Positions 1-12,324 are shown, counted from the first letter of the stretch. The stretch is DNA of 64,000 nt from Octopus bimaculoides (GCF_001194135.2 NC_068989.1:70777353-70841352), one strand, 5' to 3'. Notes: a model not told the origin generated them from the sequence alone. Translations and numbers: made by a program.

Positions 1-220
1 TGGTTTATGAACCTGCTGTCTCTTCATGGTCTATTGCATACTTTTAAAGTGATCAGTTTCTTTGGACTAGCATATTGCAAACCAACTGTTTCATCATTTC
101 AAGCAAGTTCTGTGATTTTTAAACACAGAAATCTCCTTGAGATTTTTGGATTTGGTTTGCAAGATTCTTTATGTCAGTTTGTGTGTTGAAGCATATTCTG
201 TTATGTCTGGGGAGAGTCGT

Positions 221-434
221 GCCTTATAATTTAACACACTCACTTGTAAAGTTTCCACTCATTTATTTATTTTAAAAAAATTTTCGTTGTGTCTTGCAAC
301 CTTTTCAATAGTTGTTGGCTGTCTGGACAGGAGCAACAACTAGTGAAAAGGCTGCAAGATGCAATGAAAATTCTAGAAAAATAAATAAGTAAATGAGTGG
401 AAACTTTACAAGTGAGTGTGTTAAATTATAAGGC
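221..434. repeat. Foldback (long inverted repeat) element, ~97-bp arms
   Basis: Left arm gccttataatttaacacactcacttgtaaagtttccactcattta... (221-317) is the reverse complement of 334-434. The outer ~44 bp are perfect and the inner part has scattered mismatches. The 16-bp spacer holds a small ctgtc/gacag hairpin. Confidence 0.9.
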
Positions 435-507
435 TCTCAAAGAGAATGACTCTTTGAGATGTTTCTTTCCAATAAAATATTACAGCTAATGCCATTCCAC
501 ATTTGTA

Positions 508-817
508 AACTGGCACTCCATTGGTTATGCTGACGAGGGTTCCGGTGGGTATGGTCAACAGAACATCCTACTTATGAATCTAATGTGCAAGTGGTTCAGC
601 ACTCCACAGACATACAGTTCTGAAGGAGATTAAAAGTGACACAGAATGTGACAAGGCTAGGCTTTTGAAAACCAGACACTACATATTTTTGCCAGCTGAG
701 TGAACTAGAGCAATTGAAATAAAGTGTTTTGCTCAAGGACACAAAATGTCATCAGGAATTGAACTCACAACCTTACAGTCGTGAGCTGAATACCCTAACC
801 AGTAAGCCATGAACCTT
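508..817 (-). mobile_element. tRNA-derived SINE (family C) with 15-bp TSD
   Basis: Exact direct repeat cattccacatttgta at 493-507 and 818-832 flanks it. The minus strand has an A/B-box-like head (atggcttactggttagggtattc...gagttcaattcc) and the central cttgagcaaaacact...tcactcagctgg motif shared with copies at 1.5, 12.5 and 28.7 kb. Confidence 0.85.
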
Positions 818-1493
818 CATTCCACATTTGTATATACACTATAAATATTACACACACTGGCATTTTAATCTAAGGCTTCGAGTGCATATATTAATTTGAT
901 TAACTTAATTCACAACACACCAGACATTAACAGAGTGAACAATAACAGATTTGCAATTAAGAATAACCATAAAAACAGACATAGAAGCCATATCTTTAAC
1001 CTTTTCTAAGCACAAAATACACAGCCTTACCATTAACTGCTATATGAAGCCAGTGTTTCAAACAGAATTTAACAAAAGCTTTTTATAGAAGACTAAGCAG
1101 CAGTAACCAGCTCTGCCTGGATTTATTAACTAAAATAAATACAATCATGTGAATTCACTATATTCTGAATTAAATTGCTTAAAAAAATTTTTTTTAATGA
1201 TGCTGACAATGTTCAGTTGGTCTGGAAATGTTGACTAAATTTAGAACTGTTGTATTCAGAAGATGATTCAAACTGAACTTCATAAGAATGCACAAAAATA
1301 ATAAAGAAAGAAGCCTAGATGCTAAAATAAAATTTTACTCTTTACTGTTTTCCTAAGTAAAAAAAAAAAAAATAAGTATGTGTTTCTTCTATATTTTGGG
1401 TGTTTTTTCCCCCCCCTATATTTTGGAGGGGTTTTTTTCTTCAAATTATAATACTTATTTAAATAATTACCCTAAATGAATATGAATGTACAT

Positions 1494-1865
1494 AGCCAAG
1501 TGGTTATGAGTGTTGCCCTCACAATTGCAAGATCATGGTTTCAATTCCTGGACTGGGCAGTGCATTGTGTTCTTGAGCAAAACATTTTGTTTCATGATGC
1601 TACAGTCCACTCAGCTGTAAATGAGTAATCCTGAAACAGATTGGTGTTCTGTCCAGTGGAAACGCTGTGATCTGGGTCACTTATAAGCTATGGAAACTGG
1701 GCAACCAACCCTATGATTCCTAAGAACTTAATGCTTTTGTAAAAAGAAACCGATAGAATGGGTACCAGATTTAGAAAAAAATAAGTACTTGGGTTGATTT
1801 GCTCAACTAAACCATTCAGTGCCCCCAGAATGACCAGAGTCCACTGATTAAAACATAAACACTAA
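1494..1865 (+). mobile_element. SINE with family-C head and family-A tail
   Basis: Head agccaagtggttatgagtgttg...ggtttcaattcc and cttgagcaaaac/tccactcagctg core, then the gatagaat..gtaccag...gggttgatttgctcaactaaa...gtgccccag tail typical of family A. Confidence 0.7.
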
Positions 1866-2097
1866 AAAAAAAAAAGTTTTAATGTGAACACTTTAAAACA
1901 GGTTGGGTTTGTAATGGAAGAGCAGAAGCAAGTTGATACTGAAAGTTAATGGTATACAATAAGAACATTGGCAGAACAAAATGTGTAGTTAAATTCTTGA
2001 ATTGATGGCTTATATAAAAGACTTTTTTTTCTACCAGAAGTATATCTGGTTTCTTGAATATGACCCTTACTCTGCATGTGTATCAGGTAATTGCTAT

Positions 2098-2215
2098 ACA
2101 ATCATCATCATCACCACTTTAATGTCTACTTTTCCATACTTGCATGGGTCAGACAAGAGTACATGGGGGAAGATTTTCTATGGACAGATGCCCTTCTTGA
2201 CACCAACTCTGAAGT
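2098..2215 (-). mobile_element. Short retroposon 3' end with (ATG)n tail (family D)
   Basis: catcatcatc..tttaatgtc.actttccat.ct.gcatgggt..gac motif recurs at 24372-24450 (-), 27030-27172 (+), 28490-28660 (-) and 29600-29722 (+). Confidence 0.7.
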
Positions 2216-2502
2216 GAGGTAATGAATTACCAGTCTATTGAAACAAAAGACAGCCCCCGGACATGGTTACATGAGAACCTAAAATAAATGACACCGTTTG
2301 AAGAAGACTGTTGCTTACAAAGATTGCACAAGTTAAGAGATATTGAGGAGCTTGGACATGCTTTCATGGTAGACAGCATGCAAACAATGTCTGACACCAT
2401 GAGAGAAACTTTGTTTACATCCAGCAAACCCACATGAAATTACAGGATATAGAAAGTCACATGCACACACAAACACTCATAGATACACACACATATCTAA
2501 AC

Positions 2503-2657
2503 AAGAGTTTATTTCAGTTTCTATCTACCAAATCCACTCAATATTTTGGTCTACATAGTGCTATGGTAAAAGACATTTGTCCAAAGTGCTACACAGTGGG
2601 ACTGAACCTGAAACCATGGGGTTGTGAAACAAGCTTCTTAACCACACAGCCATGCTT
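2503..2657 (-). mobile_element. SINE family A, 5' half
   Basis: Reverse complement of the ggctgtgtggttaagaagcttg...ggttcagtcccactg...gacttttaccatagc head; CpGs decayed. Confidence 0.8.
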
Positions 2658-3039
2658 GTTTGTAAACTACATATACATATATTTTCCCTATTTATATTTT
2701 CACTGTTTTCCACTATTATTCCAGCTTGTTTAATTCCAGCTTCATGCTGATATGTCTATTTTGGTACCGCTGTGACATTGCAAAATAAATTGTTGAAAGA
2801 CAGCTTAAAAATAAAGATTGCAAGAATTTTTAATTTGAAGGTCATTACAACATTGACAATTTTGGTTTCCATATATTAAGTGTTGCTAGTAACTGTTAAA
2901 GAGATTTAGTTTCAACACACTGATTCCCAACTATGTGTGACCAAGTGGCCTAAAAAATGTGGAAACAATGAAAAAATTAGATAAAAACAGAACTCATCCA
3001 CCAAAAAGAAAAAAAATAAATAAACAAAAATATTTTACA

Positions 3040-3362
3040 ATAGGCGCAGGCATGGCTGTGTGGTAAGAAGCTTGCTTCCCAACTACATGGAACCTTGGTC
3101 AAGTGTCTTCACCTATAGCTTCGGACCAACCAAACTCTTCTGAGTGGATTTGGTAGACAGAAACTAAAAGAAACCTGTTGTGTGTGTGTGTGTGTGTGTG
3201 TTTGTCCCCATCACCACTTGACAACTGGTGTTGGTGTGTTTATGTCCTTGTAACTTGACAGTTTGGTAACAGGCTTTAAAAAAAAAAAAAAAAACAGGGG
3301 AAAGTTTCTTCAAAGTGCCCCAGCATTGTTACAGTCTAATGTATGAAACAAGATAAAAGATA
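3040..3362 (+). mobile_element. SINE family A, near full length
   Basis: taggcgcaggcatggctgtgtggtaagaagcttgcttcccaac...gagtggatttggtagacagaaact...(tg)n...gtgccccagcat...gaaacaagataaaaga. Confidence 0.85.
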
Positions 3363-3555
3363 TTTGATAGCATAATATATTAGATGCACCCTAAATTTAT
3401 CAGTACATATCCAGAGAAAACATCTTTTAGTGCATTAAATATAATAAGCCCAGTGTTGCATATAGGATGTTGGATAATTTTTGAAGATATTTCTTTGGAG
3501 AAAAAAAGTGTACCTTATGTGCCCATCAATAAGCTCAAAATACATTTTTCATAAT

Positions 3556-3722
3556 TTAACCCTTTTGATACCAACCTGACTAGGACTGCTTGTGTGATTC
3601 TATGATACGAATTTCATGTAAAGTGAGATATGTTAAAACCTTCCATCAAAAATTTCATATTAATTTCTGTTTCAAACACCAGCTTAATAACGAAGGACTA
3701 AGTTATTTTACTAAACTCATCA
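3556..3722. mobile_element. piggyBac-like MITE end (TTAA|CCCTTTT)
   Basis: Begins TTAA+CCCTTTTGATACCAACC and is homologous to copies at 10.27, 11.7-12.3, 13.3, 26.5 and 55.5-56.2 kb. TTAA|CCC termini are the piggyBac hallmark. Confidence 0.6.
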
Positions 3723-4879
3723 TTAGTAAATCTGCTTCAACAAATTCCATTTAACTGACAAGACGGAGAGAAAAATGAAGTGGAAGGAAAACAGAAAAGA
3801 GATAAACATAAAAAAGCATATGACCGAGAGAGAGAGACAGACAGACAAACAGACAGAGAGAGAAAGAGCTAGAGAAAGAGATATAGAGAAACAGAGTGAT
3901 AGACTCCTCAACTGCTTAAGAGTTCAAAAACATGAGATGAGATGAACCTTACTATATCACAAGACTTATTGCTGACAGCAGTTGGATGAGAAAGGGGTTG
4001 AAAAACTAAAAGAGACAAATCTCGAAAAGCAAGTTCAATAACTAACTGCTTAGAGTATTGATGCTGAAGATAAAGAATTTAGTAAAATACGTTATCTGAC
4101 TTCTAAAAGTGAAGGTCATATGTCGAATCAAACACTAGCAAGATAAATGAGATTTAGGCAGCAATATTTTCATACTAACATGATGTCATAAAATTCAGAT
4201 TCTTAAATTCATAACGTGACTACAAACACACACATATATGCACATACAGATTTGCAAAAGCAAAATGGCTGTATATAGATGTTGTGAAGGCAATAAATAA
4301 AAACAAAGAAAAAGTTATTTTTAACAGTGGTACTTGAAGCAGTAAAAGCTATAAATACTAGCAAGTAGAATATTGGGTTAAAAAACCCCTTGGATAAATA
4401 TTTAGTCAAAGGCTGCCACTGGGACATGAAACAATATTAGCTATAAATGTGACAGACATTCTACCATTATATCAAAGCAACCCTTTGAATTTTCCCCTTC
4501 CTTCTTTGAAGCTCTGTTCTTACCAGAAAGTACTGCATGATGTTTACATCATAAGAATTTAGAAACAAAGAAGCAAAAATGACAACCCAAGGACAACAAA
4601 AACTATTAATTTAAAACTTAAAAATTGATGGGAAAGAGTTAATATTTTGGGTGCAAGTCCTTCATTAGAGGGAAAGTATGCAAGAGAAGTAAAGGAGAGG
4701 TGTGAAAGAGGACAGTGGTTAAGTAGAAAAAAATAAAATGGATAAGGGTTCAGATGGTAAGTAGACATGCTATTTTAATTGGGTAGGAAAGAGGGGTAAC
4801 TGAGTGTGTGTACAAGTGTTGGAGTGTATCCCTGTTTTGAGATAGCTAGGTATTCTAAGCAGAACAATAGAACATTGCT

Positions 4880-5295
4880 TCACCTGACTGTTGAGGGACT
4901 TGTGTTGGATGCTGTGAAAAAAAAAAAATCAATAGAGCTAGCCTCCCATCGATGGATACTACATGCTGCATGAACTCTCTGCAACAAGCTCTACTCACAA
5001 GATGTCTAAGACGGCTTGGCCATATTCTCCATCAGCCTCTAGGGGAATTCATTCACAAGGCAGTGAACTCAACTCCTCTTCCAGGTTGGTGCAAATGAGT
5101 TGGAGGACAACTGAAGATGTGGCTGGCAATGGTAAGGACAAATAGGCCCCCAACCCCGTGACTATGGTCTTCAGCAGTGGAACCAGGAATGGATATCCAT
5201 TATAGCCTTGACTGTGGCTGACCGTCAGATGTGGTCAGCATTCATAAGGGACATGGTGAACTCGCTGGTCAGAACTCACCCCAGCAAATGCTGTT
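4880..5295 (+). mobile_element. RTE-clade LINE, decayed 3' end of ORF
   Basis: Translates to LLTRCLRRLGHILHQPLGEF..PLPGWCK*VGGQLKMW and VADRQMWSAFIRDMVNS, matching the RTE C-terminal RLRWLGH..GGQ.KTW..A.DR..W pattern. Confidence 0.7.
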
Positions 5296-6042
5296 GCATG
5301 GAATTTACCGTTTTAAGTAAGCATGGGCTAAACAAGAGAGGAAAAGACAAGAAAGTAGGACACCACCTGATCATAAAATTTATACTGTTTCAGTTCATCT
5401 AGCTGTTAGGGTAGGTGCCACGGCCATGCTGAGACTCAGTCTTGATATCAATTAAAAAGAGGAAATATATCTCTCTATGCCATCCTACATTTGATCCAAC
5501 TCCAGTGGAAATATTTGTTAACAACGCATCTGAGATCACATATTCATTCCCTGAGTCAACAAGGGAGCCTATAAGTGGGCTCTCACTCCGCTAGAAATAG
5601 CAGCCAAATCTCCCTGAAATAATATCCTACAGGTCTTTTTAATAAAAAGCAGGAATATGTTTGACAAAACAAAAAGTAGTTAGCTCCCTCCTTGATAAAC
5701 AAAAATGATGAAATGATCATGGCTGGAATGCCTTTGATCATAAGCCTGCAAAGATCATGACTGGCCTGGGGCTAAAAAAAACAACAACAACAACAACAAC
5801 GACAATTGTCACCATCATAACCAAATGAAAATTGAGCTTTTAACACGACAAGGATCAATAAGGCTAATGGGTAATGAAAGAACATTAGTCATTTCAAAAG
5901 TAATGGAACATGGAATTTACCGTTTTAAGTAAGCAGGAACTGAAGAGGGGAAAAGACAAAATATTCTTTTCCTTGCCTATTCCTGGTGGTAATCTGTTAT
6001 GCTTCCTACTTGATTCAATATTTGTTAGCTTATAATGTTATT

Positions 6043-6052
6043 AATAATAATA

Positions 6053-6127
<75 letters not shown>

Positions 6128-6128
6128 T
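6043..6128. repeat. (AAT)n microsatellite
   Basis: Direct observation; explains the poly-Ile ORF at 6035. Confidence 0.95.
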
Positions 6129-6449
6129 TGTTATTACAATCATCTTTACAACTATTTTTTGAAAGGCTAAAGATTCAGAGAGATAGGGGGAGGGGGAGGA
6201 AAAGTGATAAAGGGGAAATATTTTTTTGTTATTTTTGTGTTTTAAATTAACAAATAATTGGGTTTTCTTTTCTTTTTTTTCTTTCTTTTGGCTTCAAAAA
6301 AAAAAAAAAATCAATTGATCCAGGATTTTATTTTTATTCCTGAAAGTAGGAATTAAAGCAAATTCTGAAGCTCGGAAAATTTTTCACTACCCATGCTGCT
6401 GACCCCCACCCCCGACCATCCCATCCCTTACTATATACACAGTCTGTTG

Positions 6450-6890
6450 AAAAGAAAGAACAGAGGGTGAGAGACAGAGACAGAGACAGAGGAGAGTAGG
6501 GAGAGAAAGTGAAGGGGAGGGAGGAGAAAGAGAAAAGAATGAAGAGAGGGGAAGAGAGAGAGAGAGAGAGAATGAGAAAGAGAGTAAGAGGGGTGAGGGA
6601 AAGAGAAAGAAATAATGAGAAAGAGTAAAGAGGGAGAGAGATATAGTGAATGAGAAAGAGTAAGAAAGAGTGAGAGAAAGATTGAGAGAGTAAAGAGAGG
6701 GAGAAATACAGTGAAGGAGAGAGTGAAAAAGAGAAAGATTGGGAGTAAACAGAGAGGGGGAGATACAGTGAAGGAGAGAGAGAGAACGAGAAAAACAAGT
6801 AAGAGAGAGAGAGAAAGAAATAATAAGAGAGTAGAGAGGGGGAGGGAGAGACAGTGAAGGACAGAGTGAGAGAGAGAGAGTGCTCTCTGT
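6450..6890. repeat. GA-rich polypurine low-complexity tract
   Basis: Almost purely A/G on the plus strand; explains ORFs 6334..6951 and 6387..6935. Confidence 0.9.
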
Positions 6891-9195
6891 GATCAACATT
6901 AGTTTTGTTTGTTTTTGTTTTATCTTTGAAAACAAAACCTGCTACAACCAATAATAAACGCCCAGAATCAATAGATGCTGCTTAACAAAGCAAATATAAT
7001 TTCATTTTTAGAGAGAATATTGGCAAGTATTTCGCAGTGTCTTTCTAAAATAGTTTTTAAGGGTTAGAAAGGAAAGGGAGGAAAGTAAGGCATATAGGGC
7101 CCCTTATTATTTTCAAGCTTTCTTAACTGGTTAAAAGAAAGAAATATGAAAAGAAGTGGTGGGGAGGGGGTGGCTCAAGGAGAAGGGAAGAAAGAGAATA
7201 AAAAGAATGAAAATCCTTTTTTTTTTTTTCTTTCTTTTTTTAACAAATAAATTCCAGAGAGGAAAAAAAAAACAAAAGAACCCTGTTTCAAGCTATTTGA
7301 GAATAAGAAATCCAAGAAAAGTGTGTTTGCCATTAAGCGCTAGGGATTAAACAGAGAGACAAAGGAAAAAAAAATTCTGAAGACTAAGTGAGACAAATAG
7401 ATAGATAGATAGATAGATAGATAGAGACAGAATGAAAGAGAGAGAGAGAGAGAGAGATAAGAGAGGATGAGGTGGAGAAAAAGAAATTGTGGGTGATGGT
7501 AAGGAATGATTGGTGGTAAGAGGAAAATTTTAAAATAAAATAAGAAACTACGAAAAAAAGAAACAAAAAAACAGTGAGGTGATAAAATATGTCAAGTTTG
7601 ATTTTCGTTTGAATCTTTTCAAATGAAGCCTTCTACAAGTTTCTTTTAAAAGACAAAAAATGAAATTCCTCCCACCCATCACTGCCACCACCAGTTGAAA
7701 AATTAGTCACAAATGAAAGAAATGGAAAAAAGACAAAAATAAGAAGTATGCTACCACAACTACTGCTACTGCTCACGAAGCAATTAGAATAATGCCAAGT
7801 TTATGATACTTAGCAAGTGTCAATGACAGCTAGTGACAGTCAGTGACAGCCGACAACAAAGACAACTAGTGACGGTCAACATGAAAGACAGCTAGTCATG
7901 GTCAACAACAGCCAGGAACAGTCAATGACAATCAAACAACACTATCAACAACAGTAATAGTGAACAAAAGTCAGTAAGTTAAACAATAGTGAACAACAGT
8001 CAACAATGGTCAACAGTGAACAACTGCAGTCAATATAGAACATGATGCATTTCAGAATCAACTATCTCTTTGACAATCCACTCTAAAGAAAATAATTTGT
8101 CATTTAATCTCAGATCAACTCTAACCAGATTCTTGATCAAAAAAAAAAAAAACCCCTCCAAACTGTGACCATCTCAACATTTAGAGTTACATTATCTAAT
8201 GTTTGTCACGTTTTGTTTTCTTTCTAAAAATACTAGGGTGTGATTTGAGGGAGATTTGGCTGTCGTTTCCAACAGACTGAGTGGTCACATAGGCATTTCA
8301 ATGTCGCATGTAGTGAGGGGAGTGGTTGGAGGGAAACACTATACTAAATACAGTACAATATTCAGTCTCAACCCAGTTTTTTCAGAGCTCAAATGACACA
8401 AAAGTTAACTTAAGTTTCTATCATCCTTCTACAATTGACGAATATAGATTCAAATATATATCAATTACAAACTCATCCAAAAATAAATTGGATGACTTTT
8501 ACCTAAAAAAAGATATTGTTGGACACAGAGGTGACTTTGTTATTGTTAGGCCTAGCTCATCGTAAAGCAAATACCCACCTGAGATATATCCAGATTACAG
8601 TGGAAAAGACAAAGAGCAATGGCTAGAAGAAATGGCTAGAAGAAATGGCTAGAGTGAAATCTGATAACCAGGTGATCTTGCAGGCAGGGCCTCATTTCAG
8701 TGAGGGGGGCAGTGATGATGCAATGTTGTTGTTGGGAGGTAGGCCCCGAAATTGCAAGCATTCTCTCCTGATGTCCCCATAAAATCGCTAACGTCTAGTG
8801 TGCAGAGCTTTCAACTGGTAGCACTTGCAAAAAAATATTAAAAAAATAATAGCTGATACAGATGTTGGTTGGTTGGTTGATTGATTGATTTCTATAATTA
8901 CACTGTACATGAGAGAGAGAGAAATAAAATGAGATAGAGAGTTAACATAAGAGGTACAGGATGAGCGCACTCTGCTCACAAGGCTTTGGCCAGTCAGGCT
9001 AAAGTACAAGTCACTACCCCAAATTTGTCACAGAATAGGACTGAACCTGATACCACATGGTTGGGAAGCAAGTTTCTTAACCATACAGCAATTCTAGCAC
9101 ATAATTACAAACACAAAAAAACTATTCTCGGCAATCAATATATGACCAAGTTAAATATTCACAAATAACAGCAACCATACACACACACATTTATA

Positions 9196-9822
9196 TAGGG
9201 TCATCCCATAAATAATGCAGTTTTTTCAATTGCAAGAACTAAAAGTCAGAGGGGGATGGGATAAATGTTGATGCAGGTAGTTACCTGCATCAACTTGCTA
9301 TAAAAGCATGTAATAATTTTATCTTGTCCTAATTCTTAGAGCAAGTTTTGAAGAGTGCAGTTCAATTTTAACAGTGATTTTTTCAAGGCTACAATGGAAA
9401 TGACAAAGGAGCATATTTAGCATATTTTGTTTTATGAGTTCAATAAAGGTAACAATGCAACAGAAAGTGCGAAGAATATTAATGCCATATATGGAGATCA
9501 GACAATAAGTGGAAGCCAGTGTCAATGGTGGTTCCAGAAATTCTGAAATAGAAACTACAGCCTAGAAGACGAGCCTTGTCCTGGAAGATCTGCAGAGCTC
9601 GATGAGGATGTCCTGCAAACCCCGGTGGAACAAAATCCTATCGTAACTGTTGATGAACTAGCAGAGACACTTTGATTTGATCATTCAACCATTCATCAAC
9701 ACTTGCATGCCATCGGAAAAGTTAGCTAATTGGTTCAATGGGTTCTCCAGAAACTTTCTGAGTGTAATTACGTGCAGAGAGTGAATGTTTGCTCTTGTTC
9801 GCTGTTACATCTCACGAATGAA
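9196..9822 (+). mobile_element. Mariner transposon, 5' TIR plus decayed N-terminal transposase
   Basis: TA|TAGGGTCATCCCATAAATAATG terminus. From ATG 9394 the frameshifted translation is MEMTKEHI..HILFYEFNKGNNATESAKNINAIYGDQTISGSQCQWWFQKF*NRNYSLEDEPCPGRSAELDEDVLQTPVEQNP..T..ELAETL..DHSTIHQHLHAIGKV, i.e. the mariner HTH domains. Confidence 0.9.
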
Positions 9823-10269
9823 GGAGAGTATATTTTAGATTAAAAAGAACTTTGTTTATCTTAATTTTGAAAAAATAAAAAAATAAAAATNNNNNNNNNN
9901 NNNNNNNNNNNNNNNNNNNNNNNNNNNNNNNNNNNNNNNNNNNNNNNNNNNNNNNNNNNNNNNNNNNNNNNNNNNNNNNNNNNNNNNNNNNNNNNNNNNN
10001 NNNNNNNNNNNNNNNNNNNNNNNNNNNNNNNNNNNNNNNNNNNNNNNNNNNNNNATATATATATAAATATCTTTTTGAAAACCTCATTCATTTCTCATGC
10101 TTAGTAAACTGGAAAAAAAAGTAGGTCAGTTTTTTTTTTTTTATGCCACCAGGTTTTGCGTTGACAGAGAGATGTCCATAACAGAAAAAGACCAAGGAAG
10201 ATGAACCACTGAGACAGCCTTTGCTCTATTACCCAACCTGCTTTCTAGAAATCAAATCTGAATCAACTT

Positions 10270-10510
10270 TTTTTTGTTACCATATTGATACCAACCCACC
10301 GGAGACCACTGCTCCTGGTTCTATGATACAAACTTCCTGTTCTAACATGATCTAAATTAAAACCTTCTCACAAAATTCCATGTTAATTTACATTCCATAC
10401 ATTAATTTAATAATGACAGTTACTTTACTATATTCTATGTTATTTTCTAAATTAATTAAAATTAGGAGAAAAAAGTGTAATTCAACAAAAATATAGTTAA
10501 CGAAAGGGTT
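10270..10510. mobile_element. piggyBac-like MITE
   Basis: Homologous to 3556-3722; ends ...gaaagggtta. Confidence 0.55.
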
Positions 10511-10613
10511 ATGACTGTTTGTGTGTTGGTTTTGCAAGATTCCCGATGTGAAATTGCGTGTTGAAACAGATATTGTTATATTTTAGGATAGTCGTTTTTT
10601 TTTTGTTTTTTTG

Positions 10614-10990
10614 CCAGGCATGGCTGCATGGTAAGAAGCTTGCTTCCTAACCACATTATTCCTGAGTTCAGTCCCATTGCATGGCATCTTGGGTAAGTGT
10701 CCTCTACTATAGCTTCAGGCTGACTAAAATATTCTGAGTGGATTTGGTAGACAGAAACTGAAAGAAGCCCATCATATATGTGTGTGTGTGTGTGTGTTTT
10801 CCTCACCACCACTTGACAACTGGAAATGGTGTGTTTTTGCCTCCATAACTTAGTGGGTCAGCAAAAAAGTTCAATAGAATAAGTACCAGTCTTAGAAAAA
10901 TGTACTGGAGTCAACACATTCAACTAAAATTCCTCAAGGTGGTGCTCCAGCATGGTCACAGTCTAATGACTGAAACAAGTAAAAGATAAA
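10614..10990 (+). mobile_element. SINE family A, full length
   Basis: ggcatggctgcatggtaagaagcttgcttcc...gaaactgaaagaagccc..(tg)n...ggtgctccagcatggtcacagtctaatgactgaaacaagtaaaagataa. Confidence 0.9.
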
Positions 10991-11185
10991 TAAACATGCA
11001 CACTATATATTCATTCTTCACTTCAGATTTATTTCTGTTCTTAGTTTATTGTCCTTTGTTTGAAAATCTTTTGTCACACATCCTGTGACCTCTTCAGCAA
11101 CTCCCCATCCCATGTGGGATGATTATTTGTGTGTATTTATTTGACAAAAAAAAAAGAAAGAAAAAGACCATCCCGAAATATAACA
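10990..11185 (-). mobile_element. Remnant of the hammerhead-bearing repeat family (see 45.5 and 61.7-62.2 kb)
   Basis: Minus strand 11101-11058 reads gttg-CTGAAGA-g-GTCACA-ggatg-TGTGAC-aAAA-gattttc. Flanks taaacatgcacactata and accatcccgaaatataac match the other copies. Confidence 0.7.
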
Positions 11186-11704
11186 TTATGACATACTTTC
11201 ATACTTTATAACAGAAATGCTTCTTTACAGATCCATCCAACCCTTACAAACACAAGAAAAACAACTGTTGGTGATAATAGAGTTAAAAAATGCAAACTAA
11301 TACAAACGTTAACTTTGAAAACATTTTTGCTTGTTCATGTCATCAAATATTTGACAACAGACTCTCATTCCATTTTATCAATAACCCCCCCACCAAAAAA
11401 AAAAAAAACCTTAGATAAGTTAGCAAAATGGGATACACTGCTATTATCACAGCTTGTTAGTTAACTAAACATATTATTACAACAGACACACAAGAATAAA
11501 AATCGATAAAACTGTCTAACTTTAGAACAGCTTTGAGATTAACTGTTTTGTGAATATATTTCTGGGGAAATACAGAGAGGCTTTGTGTCAATTAATTTTG
11601 AAAACAATGGAGGATTTAGTAAAATGACTTTGTTGTTATTAAGTTAGTGTTTGGAACATAAATTAACAGAAAACGTTGATGAAAGGTTTTAATTTACATC
11701 ACTT

Positions 11705-12324
11705 TAACCCTTTTATCTTTATAAATCTGTTGAAATACATTGCTTTTATCTTTTATCTTTAACTTGCTTTCAGTCATTAGACTGAAGCCATGCTGGGGCA
11801 CCACCTTTGAAGATTGTAGTTGAACAAATCAACCCTAGCACTTTTTTTTTATTTCAGGCTTGGCACTTATTCTATCAGTCTCATTTACTGAACTGCTATG
11901 TTGCTGGGATGTAAACATACCAATACAAGTTGTCAAGCAGTGGTAGTGGGGGGACAAACACACACACACACACACACAACGGGCTTCTTTCAGCTCCCAT
12001 CTGTCAGATCCACTGACAAGGTTTTGGTCGGCCTGAGGCTATAGTAGAAAACACTTGCCCAGGGTGCTATATGCAGTGGGACTGAACCCAGAACCATTTG
12101 ATTGGGAAACAAGCTTCTAACCACACACTCACACCTGCATCTGCTTTGTTTCGATTAATTTTGAAAGTAATGACGAATTTAGTAAAATAAATTTTTCATT
12201 GTTAAGCAGGTGTTTGAAACATAAATTAACATGACATTTTGATTGGCGGTTTTAATTTAGATCTCTTTTAAAACAGGAAGCTTGTATCATAGATCCAGGG
12301 GTGGTCTGGTACCAGAAGGGCTAA
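11705..12324. mobile_element. piggyBac-like MITE interrupted by a minus-strand SINE A (about 11750-12140)
   Basis: TTAA|CCCTTTT at 11705. MITE sequence resumes after the SINE (ctgctttgtttcgattaattttgaaag) and ends ...agaagggctaa. Confidence 0.65.

Noticed and set aside
1031-1129. Minus-strand segment with good acceptor (tttattttag) and donor (atg|gtaagg)
   Set aside because: Stop codons in all three frames and no MTSS1 similarity; at most a non-coding or poison exon.
4524-4602. Minus-strand 79-nt possible exon (FCCPWVVIFASLFLNSYDVNIMQYFL)
   Set aside because: Weak acceptor, no resemblance to I-BAR exon 2, and compatible with chance in T-rich sequence.
5297-5935. 27-bp exact repeat catggaatttaccgttttaagtaagca at 5297 and 5909
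   Set aside because: Similarity continues beyond it in both copies, so it is a small old duplication rather than a TSD; no functional signal.
8617-8660. 13-bp tandem repeat aatggctagaaga x3
   Set aside because: Ordinary slippage duplication.
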